Below are positions 55,217 through 64,000 of a DNA stretch of 64,000 bases, one piece after another; the first letter of the stretch is position 1, and each line of letters starts with the position of its first letter. A program made the position numbers and the translations under genes. The stretch comes from Octopus bimaculoides (lineage: Eukaryota). The notes under the pieces are model-generated. The model did no database searches and was not told the origin of the DNA. It was given only the letters and a program-made list of their open reading frames with translations. The stretch covers positions 10,135,847 to 10,199,846 of the forward strand of contig NC_068988.1 of the NCBI RefSeq assembly GCF_001194135.2, read 5' to 3'.

Positions 55217-55520
55217 GGATCGTTAGCACGCCGAGCAAAATGCGGAGCAACATTTCCTATCGTTTTTCTTTTTTATGTTCTAAGTTGAAATTCCGCCAAC
55301 GTTGACTGTGTCATTCATCTTTTCGGAGTCGATAAAATAAGTACTAACTGATGGTGGTGTGTTTACGTCCATGTAAGTTAGCTGTTCGGCAAAAGAGACC
55401 GATAGAATAAGTGCTAGGCTTACAAAGAATAAGTCCAGGGGTCCATTTGTTCGACTAAAGGTGGTGCTCTAGCATGGCCGCAGTCAAATAACTGAAACGA
55501 GTACAATAATAAAAGAATAT
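55217..55520 (+). mobile_element. Chimeric SINE: family A 5' part joined to family B 3' part
   Basis: 55217-55345 follows family A (GATCGTTAGCACGCC...GTCGATAAAATAAGTACT); from about 55348 it follows family B (GATGGTGGTGTGTTTACGTCC...CAGCATGGCCGCAGTC-like). Confidence 0.85.
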
Positions 55521-56867
55521 AATCGAAGGATTCTAATGCTGGTTGTTAGCTGTCTAGAATGAGTGGCTGGTCCAGTTTTTCTGTGAGCCAGGTCGTTGAT
55601 GCCAGACTTAGGAGTAGACAGGCGTAGGTTTGTTTTTTTTTTTGTGTGTTTTCATCCCACGGTGTTCGATATTTGTTGTAAGACTGAAGTTGGCATTTTC
55701 TTACTTTAAGCTGTGAACTGGTCAAGAAATATCGAAGTCCTTTTGGCAACTCGTGTGGCATTATGTCTTTACTTTATTACACATACACACACACGCACAC
55801 ACATACACACACGCACACACATACACACACACACACATACACATGCACACACACATTCACACCCACACCCACATACACACACATGCACACACATACACAC
55901 ACATACACATATACACACGCGCACACACACACGCACATACACACAGACACACAGATACACACGCACAAGCACGCACAGGCATGCACACAAACACACACAC
56001 TTCTATATATATATATATATATATATATATCAATGTGTATGTGAACTGGGAATTATTGTGGTCATTAAAACACACACGTCATAGTCTCTTTTACGTTCGT
56101 TTTATCAACTTGTAATATTAGATATGAGATTCGTTCAGGAAACACCGAAAGTCTGCCCTGTGACACTATTTTTTTATAGTTTAGAAGTTAATATAACTTG
56201 ACCGCTGATTTTCATAAGAGAATTAGTTATTTCTTGCTTCGATTCCATTCTTCTTGTTATTGATTTTCTAGTGATGCTGTGCTTATGGTTCACGCACGTA
56301 TTACCACGATCTTTTGTTTCATGTCTTTTACGCCATAGTGTATGTTATCTTTCCGTTCATAGATTACTAAACGTTAATTCTATAAAACTGTTTTGCATGC
56401 ATTCTCAGTGTTCTGTATCATCCAATATTACTTTGAACATTCTCTGTGATGCTATTATTGGGTTATAATTGCCGAATATATTATGTAATGTTGTAAGAAA
56501 GTGTATTTACTTGAAAACAATATCTCCGAACTTTCTTCTTTCTCTTTATATTGTTCTTTCTTCTTTGATATAATTCCACAGTTGTTACTGCTATTTTTCT
56601 ACCTTAGCAAAGAATTGTTTAAAAATGTAAACATTTCGTCTATTTCACGTGTATTATTACAATGTATGGTGTTCGCTAGTCAAAGTTCACGTTAAAAATT
56701 AGTAAACAAGTATTATATTCTAATAATACTAAATTTTATGTCGTCTTTAGTATCTCGCAAAGTGAATGCACATTCATGTTTTGACTTAAATATCAACTAT
56801 ACGACGATATTATTAGATTTCCAATCCTCTTAACTAGATCGTACATACACGGCAAATATTAGTTTCA

Positions 56868-57245
56868 AGTTGAGGCTAACAAATTTGAAGGAGGAAACAA
56901 ATTGATTACATTAATCATAGCATTCACGTGATACTTTTTAATGGTATCAAAAAGATGAAAAGCAATGTCAATCTTAGCAGAATTTGAACTCGTAACGTTA
57001 AGATAGACGAAATGCCGGTAAGCATTTAGCCCAACGTGCTAACGGTTCTGCCAGGTAACAACCATAAAACACAGACAATATTCATTTCAACTGTTGGCAC
57101 GAGGTCAGCAATTTTGGTCGAGAGGTAAAGTGATTCCATTGACAACAGTACTCAACGGGTGCCTATTTTGTCGCCCCCCAAAAGGATTAAAGGCAAAGTC
57201 AACCGCCGCGGAATATGAACGTAAAGACGGACGGAATGATGGTAA
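56868..57245 (-). mobile_element. Two tandem family A SINE copies (about 56868-57056 and 57094-57245)
   Basis: Both show reverse-complement GGCAAAGTCAACC/AGCAATGTCAATC...GAATTTGAAC; head CGTGCTAACGGTTCTGCCAG at about 57035-57054. Confidence 0.7.
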
Positions 57246-58719
57246 GGATTTATACCGGAGTAATATATATATATATATATATATATATGCATATACATGT
57301 ATGCATATACATGTATGCGGCTGAGTCGTAAGAAGCTTACTTTTCATATATATGGTTCCGTTTTCAGTCCCTCTGCTTAGAATCTTGAGGAAGAGTCTTC
57401 TAACTCGATAGCCCTTGGCCGACCAATTATATCTGGATAGATATATTAAACAGGAACTCCCATCCTCTCTGTGTGTGTGTGTGTGTGTGTGTTTGTGCGT
57501 GCGCGCATGCATGTATATGCATGTGTATCTGTACCCACCATGGCTTCACAACCTGTGTTGTTTACCACCCCCCAACTTCCGGTTTGGGTGATAAGGATTG
57601 CCCGAGATTAATTGTCAGTCTTTAAACAATTAGATTTGTTGTCGATTTGTTCCCCTAAACGATTCAAGTTGGTACCACATCATTCTGGCTTTGCAATGAC
57701 TGAAACTATTAAAAGGTAAAATTNNNNNNNNNNGCTTTGCAATGACTGAAACTATTAAAAGGTAAAATTTTGTGCGTGCGTGCGTGTGTGTGTGTACATT
57801 CATATGTATGTATTCTAGCACATGCCGATCTGTATGCGTAGATATAAGTGTATACATTTGTAAACATCAATATTATTTTCGTTTCAAGTATTTCAATTCT
57901 ATAACATTTACAGCTTAAAGTATGCGAAAAATAACTGCATTTGTCGTTGAATCTGCTTTCTATATTGGTTCAATTATTTCATGTTCGATTGAGTTACTTT
58001 ATCTCTAGTGATTATCTCGCAAGTTATATTCGTTATATTTACTTAATTGTGCACATTCTTTTATATTTTCTTCACGATACCTTCAATAGAACTAATTTAT
58101 TATTGAGACAGTATTTTTCTATGAATTCATTTGTATGAAGTGAATGTAAATATTTTCATTAAGTCTGCATGGCACACAGAGAAATCTGAACAATAGCTTT
58201 CATCCAAATATATAGCTATATAAGATTTAATATATGATGTAGCTGAAATAAATCTATTTGTTACAAGTGCTCTGTAAAGAATTCTTTATATAACATTTAT
58301 GAATCTATGAAATAACAATGCCTGCAAGAATGACAGTGGATTGTCTGAAATAGTGAACTTATTAATCCTATCATGAGATTATTATTTCTCTTATATCATA
58401 TGTTTAAAATAAAGTTATCTGCAGTCACGTTTCAAATTCAAGTTTGATAACTAATATTTCAATCACCGTTGATAAAATCCATTTTAAATTTCCTGTGTAT
58501 GACAAGATGATATTTATTTCATCATTTATATCATCAAATATTAATATACTTTCTGGTATTATATTACCTTATATAGAATATGATAACCTAGAAGATAGTT
58601 CGAGAATGACATATACATACCTTAACAGGTATTTCCATATAGGTATGCCAATGAACTAAGATGTAATCGATTCATCCCTTCGTCCAAAATTGCCACCCTT
58701 GTGGCAAAATTTGAAACCC

Positions 58720-58842
58720 TTCTTCTTCTTCTTCTTCTTCTTCTTCTTCTTCTTCTTCTTCTTCTTCTCCTTCTTCTTCTTCTTCTTCTTCTTCTTCTTC
58801 TTCTTCTTCTTCTTCTTCTTCTTCTTCTTCTTCTTCTTCTTC
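58720..58842. repeat. (TTC)n tract, about 41 units; (GAA)n tail of the adjacent R4 element
   Basis: Directly visible, one CTC interruption. Confidence 0.95.
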
Positions 58843-59870
58843 AGTAGTCTTATTTTAATCACGTGCTTTCATTGCACTACCAAGCGCAGCTCTGTGTGCC
58901 TTGGGTATGTGCTGTGGTTTGTATGGCGCTCTTATTTTCACTGTATTAAAAGTGTTTTGCTTAGGTTTTGTGCCGTGCTTAGGAGTGCTATTTTCTGTAT
59001 GGTATATATATACTTGTAAGTCCAGGTGTTTATCTTATGTATTTGTCTGAATTTTCTTTCTTCATACCTAATGCGCTTACAATGATAGGAATTGTTTCTG
59101 TTTTGAGACTCCACATTCGAGTGACCTCCATTTCCAGATCTTTCTATTTTGAAAGTCCCTAAGTTTCTTTTAGAAAAACATTGTCATCAGTTGGTATTGA
59201 TACATCGATTAGAAAGCTTATTTTGCTTGGTGATCTCTGACAACTATATGCGTCTTATTGGCCTTAATTTCTCTCTCTCTGTGTATTGGCATATCCCAGA
59301 CTATTGCTGCTTTCTTATTTTCTGTGACCTTTTCTTTTGCTCTTCCATAATGTTGGCATGTCTTTCAGTATATATAGGTCCCAACTCTGTCGTGTCTGTG
59401 AATATATTCCTTCCTAGCCAGGACTGGGCAGCCAGAGACAATATGGTTTATTGTTTCTTCGCCATCACCACATACTCAGCAGTTTCATGTATATCTTTTC
59501 ATTACGTGGTTTTGGTGATTTCTGGTGGGAAAGCTTTGATATTGTGCTGCAAATTAAAAATCCTGTCTATTTCTTTTCTGTTTAACTTAACCCAATATTT
59601 GCCATGTACGAGCTTTTCTTGCCTTCATTTTGTCTTCATACGTTGCTGTTCCAGTGTTAGTTTGGATTTCAGTTGTATTACAGCTTTTATTGTTTCGTTT
59701 TTTCTTCTTTATCTTTGTTGTCTACTATGACTTATTATTTGTATTTGTCAGCTTCTTTAAAGACTGAAATTAGTTGTTTTTGTCTTGTTTTGTGGCTATT
59801 TGTATTAGTTTTCCTTGGTTTTGCACGTGTAGTTTAAGCCACGCACTTCCCGCTTTTAATCCTAGGGTTG
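58843..59870 (-). mobile_element. R4/Dong-type retrotransposon (subfamily B), longest copy, about 1 kb
   Basis: Minus-strand C*VCGDGEETINHIVSGCPVLARKEYIHRHDRV (CCHC knuckle plus RHD), VWDMPIH...IDVSIPTDDNV and KDLEMEVTRMWSLKTETIPIIV; stops and frameshifts. Confidence 0.92.
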
Positions 59871-60081
59871 AATAATATGGCTATTATTTAATTTAGTTTT
59901 TAATTTTTCTTTTGTGTGTGTGTATGGTGGTTGGGAATGGAAATGTTCTGATGGTGATTGGATCGTACTGTGGCGAGTGGGTGTACACGTGTTTTGAGAA
60001 TGAAGATGATACACAGTGAAAATACATCATATCATTTGGAAAATAGAAATAAATTTTCATGATTATTACTTACTAGGATAT

Positions 60082-60187
60082 ATCATCGTCATCAACATCA
60101 TCATCATCCTCATCAAACATCGTCATCATCATCATCATCATCATCATCATAATCATCATCATCATCATCATCATCATTATCATCATC
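60082..60187. repeat. (ATC)n microsatellite
   Basis: Directly visible; source of the poly-His pseudo-ORF. Confidence 0.95.
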
Positions 60188-61998
60188 TTGACTATTTGTT
60201 GTAGCTGTAGGAAAAGGTGTTGGAAGAGGTTTAGCAGCGGTATTTACACTAGAAATTTATATTTATATGAAAGCATATGTGATTATAACTGCTCTGCTAA
60301 ATCCGTTGGTATTTCTTATTATCTTGATTTATTAGTTGCTGTCATAGAAACTTCATTCATATTTATGAATGAAGTTATATGATAACCTTTGTAGTTAGCG
60401 AAATCTTAAAAACTCGTTAGAATATAAGATTATTCATAATTCAAGCAAATACAGATATACCTAAAAGAATAAATACATTTATACCAAAAACATATGAATG
60501 CCTGGAAACAATCTACAGGAAAATAGAGTGGAAAAGAAATTGAAGTATTTATTATTAGATTGCTAGGGAAATAAGAAAAAAAAATCTCATGAAATCGTTA
60601 TAATCCTCTTAAATGAATAGCAATATTAAAATACTAACGGCGGCAGTGTTTTTCCAGAATACAATGAGCATAGAAATATCTTATTCGGATTCTTTAGTTG
60701 TGTTGTTTAATATTCTTTGGCTCCATTGCAGAGACTGAAACCATTAACAGTATAATGATACCCACACAGTTCCTAAAGACTTTATGAAATATAGCTCAAT
60801 CCAAAATAATTTATATGAATAAAATACATTACATAATGTTATATAAAAATTGTTATATGTCGACGTCTACGTAGCGAGACATGGCAATAATATAGGTAAA
60901 TGAAACATAGAAAGACTTTTTGAAATATATTTTTATGGGCATACATACAGAAATACACAGGCATAATGTATACGTATATCATATATCTACTATGAACTTT
61001 TAAATCTCAACACCGAGCCCAGTAGCAAAGCCCTAGTTGCTATGTGCAGCGAGAGCATAAACAGTAGCAGCGAGTGAGTATTGCTGTAACTCACTTGAAA
61101 GTTTTGAAATTTTAACCAAGCATGTAATCATTTCGAAACCGTATGACATTTAGTAAAACGCTAAGAATCCATTCTCAGTGCGAGCGACGATTTATGAATC
61201 GATTACAAAAGAGTTCTATTTTTGTTAAAATCTAGTAAAAGCACGTAAGACACGGAGACAATCACAATATTTATTTGGTCTGGGAGAACTGAAATTGAAC
61301 AAGAAAAGAAATTGCTGAATGTTTTATCAGGAGCAAACCTAACATTTATTATCGGCTTTAAAATAACTTTACAACGAACGCCCGTAAATAACAATTTATT
61401 GAAGATAACATTAAATTTTAAACATCCTTATCTACAGATGTGATGAATACAATATATCATCCACACGCATAAAAGAAAGTAAATGTTCATCATTATATTG
61501 CCAGCTATATTTTATTTCAAGAATTATTAAATATCTCAGTATTTGAACTCTCTATTTTCAATATCTCATGTACGTTTTCTATTTAAAATGCAGGTGAAAT
61601 ATCCTTGTAAATAAGTTGAACAATAGTCGACTGATACGCAAATGCAATTATATGGAGGGAAACCTAAAGATTCAATAATTACTAAATCGCATATTTGTTT
61701 TTTAATTTCCAATAATTTTGACTTTATTAACATGAATACGTATAAAAGAAGTGAAATTCCAAATACAATAATATAAAATAATTACTTTAAAATAGTTACC
61801 CCATAATAACCCAGTTAGTGAACAGAAAATGCCCAGCATATATCAGTATTTTACACAAAAATGTTTATTGGAGAAAGAAACTGCGATGTATAATGTGAAA
61901 CTTTGAAATTAAATAATTTTCGGAGTTATGCTAAGTGTAGTGTGTTGTATACATACCGGCTATTAATATAGAGAGTAACAATGTTCTTATATGAAAAG

Positions 61999-62033
<35 letters not shown>

Positions 62034-63654
62034 CGTATATAATTCAATGAATATAGCTACATAGTGTATATATAGGAAAGAAAGTTAATATCATTAAAAG
62101 AGCAATATATAATATTCCTGCAAAAGGTTGATCTGCATTTTTGCTGCTAGTTTAGTTAATTATCCTAGAGAGAGAGAGAAGAAAACTAATAAAACAGAAT
62201 ATTGTGAAAAGGGATAATAAGTATCAACATTTTTGCCAAATATTCTCATGATTTAAAAACTTTGGCGAGTAACCAACTTCCTGATGATATATTATTTTTT
62301 TAGAGAATAATTGCGTATACGATCGAGATTGTCTTTTTTCAATTGAATTGAGAATAAATGCATTGAAGTGATCAGAATCAAAAATATTTCCTACCATATT
62401 CTGGACCAATTTCAGGTCTAGTTTTTTGTTGAACGCCACCTGAATCTCAGCGAGTGTTAATAACTATTAGTCAGATAGTTTTTATTTTTCTCTGCATCGT
62501 CAGATATATTATATATTCCCAACGTAAAGTAAACAGAATTTTCACTGTACTGTCATCGTTCATATAGACATCACATTATCATATACACTTTGTTTTTGCT
62601 GGCAGTTACTTGCCAAGCCACTTGCAAATTGCACTCCTACATGTACACTATACATCAGCCTATTTCTACTTTTTGCCAATGATATAAATCCAGTTTACAT
62701 TATACACATATTAATTATACCATCAATTTTTCTAAATACTTCAATTTGTGGTTAAGAACAATCTTGAAACAAGAACTTACCAAAACGTGCAACATTCAGT
62801 TAAAGGTGTTTCCGTATAAAATATAGTTTGTCTGAAGACTTTTATTTAAAGTTTCGAAATGATTACATTGTATGCACAAAATTCAAATTATTCGTACACT
62901 TTAAATTCCGTTTCTTCTTTTGTATTTTTACGTTTCTAACTAGTGTGCTTTCCTTCAGTAGTTTTTCTTTGGTTAGAAGGATAAACGATTTTGAATGACA
63001 ATACTATTAGGAGATATTGGTTTTTGAATTTCATATTTTGCTCTCTGAAGACTACTTCTTTAGTCTTTCAAAATGTAAATCATTTCCAACCGTCTGATTT
63101 AACTACAGCTAATAAAAAGATGTATATTTAATAGATCTATCCTAACATTTTCAAGTTATTTAAAGATGATAAATTAAAAAAACAACCGGAGGCATATGTG
63201 TATTGTGATTGCAGTTTCATTTCTCACAAGAAAATTTCAGGAAATCTATTTGTTACTCGTTTATCAGACACCAAGCATTATTTCTCTAATATTACGAGAA
63301 TTAAATACCATTACTGCAAAAAATAAATAAAAAGAGAATGAATACAATCTTCTGCAAAAAAATAATTTTCCTACGCATGATATACGTTGCCCACGAACAG
63401 GATTTACGGTGTAAATGATGCTGATTTTTATTTACCTGATCGCATATATTCCTTCTTCCCAAAAGGCCTACTCCTTCATGTAAACGAAGTCATATAGTAA
63501 CAGTATGGCATCGTGTTGCATCAGCAGTTGAGATGTTTATTATACAACCATAATACTAAATTTAAATATATCCATATGACTAACAGTTTAATGTGCATCA
63601 TATGAAGTATCCGTAATATAGGTTTCAAATTTTACTACAATGCCAGTAGTTCTG

Positions 63655-63755
63655 GGAAGGGAACTACTGGATTATATCGCATGCATTGATTTCTCAACTG
63701 GTATTTAATTTACTGACCACGAAAGGAAGGAAGATAAAGTAGACTTCGGCGGAAT
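63655..63755 (-). mobile_element. Family A SINE fragment
   Basis: AACTGGTATTTAATTTACTGACCACGAAAGGAAGGAAGATAAAGTAGACTTCGGCGGAAT is the reverse complement of the family core. Confidence 0.7.
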
Positions 63756-64000
63756 AAAAGTATTTGGAATATATATATATATATATACATTATTGTGTGT
63801 GTGTGTGTATTTGTGTGTAAGTATATATGTACGTCTGTGTATTAATATGTCTAAATCTGTATAAGTTATTAATTTTATGCCCATATTCCAAAGACAAACT
63901 AAAGCCAATTTAATTCATAAAAATTATCCGGCTTTCCGAAATGACTCACTTCGCACATTCTTTGAAAACAGTGTATTTGTCTTCAATTAAATTATCTCTT

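Noticed and set aside
57688-57769. 36-bp direct repeat around a 10-N gap
   Set aside because: The exact copy sits immediately either side of a minimal gap, the signature of an unmerged contig overlap.
60204-60308. Hydrophobic frame ending LLNPL, reminiscent of GPCR TM7 NPxxY
   Set aside because: The Tyr is missing, there are no other TM exons or GPCR motifs in the window, and it lies next to a microsatellite.
60349-60376. 13-bp-arm palindrome (also a 10-bp one near 43908 and CCGGATATATCCGG near 44092)
   Set aside because: Short, and either AT-rich or part of a probable MITE end; no independent support for function.
62224-62463. Minus-strand 79-codon open frame
   Set aside because: Purine-rich acceptor context and no homology recognised; several frames this long are expected by chance.
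62826-62880. Hammerhead-like CTGAAGA...GAAA, also at 37214 (CTGAAGA-CGCA-GAAA) and 62508 minus (CTGACGA-TGCA-GAGA)
   Set aside because: Stem II does not close directly onto GAAA, and stems I/III are weak or absent; no canonical ribozyme was found, even beside the Penelope remnants.

Overview
AT-rich, repeat-dominated eukaryotic DNA, almost certainly intronic or intergenic sequence from an octopus. The species call is inference from the tRNA-derived SINE families, the very dense AT/AC/ATT microsatellites and the N gaps placed at microsatellites. No intact protein-coding gene can be recognised. Most long ORFs in the track are microsatellite or N-gap artefacts. Supported content: six 5'-truncated R4/Dong-type (restriction-like endonuclease) retrotransposon ends from about four subfamilies, five with trinucleotide tails directly at the 3' end and the sixth after a short ATAATAAC; two Penelope-like remnants; a CR1/L2-group LINE remnant; a Tc1 transposase end with its right TIR; a decayed Chapaev3-like transposase; many SINEs (two inverted repeat pairs, one self-nested copy, one chimera); several MITE-like hairpins; and an 18-unit minisatellite whose conserved core stacks kappaB-like, STAT and ETS motifs. 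Scattered splice-site-bounded open frames on both strands may be exons of a long-intron gene, but none is homology-recognisable and chance occurrence cannot be excluded.
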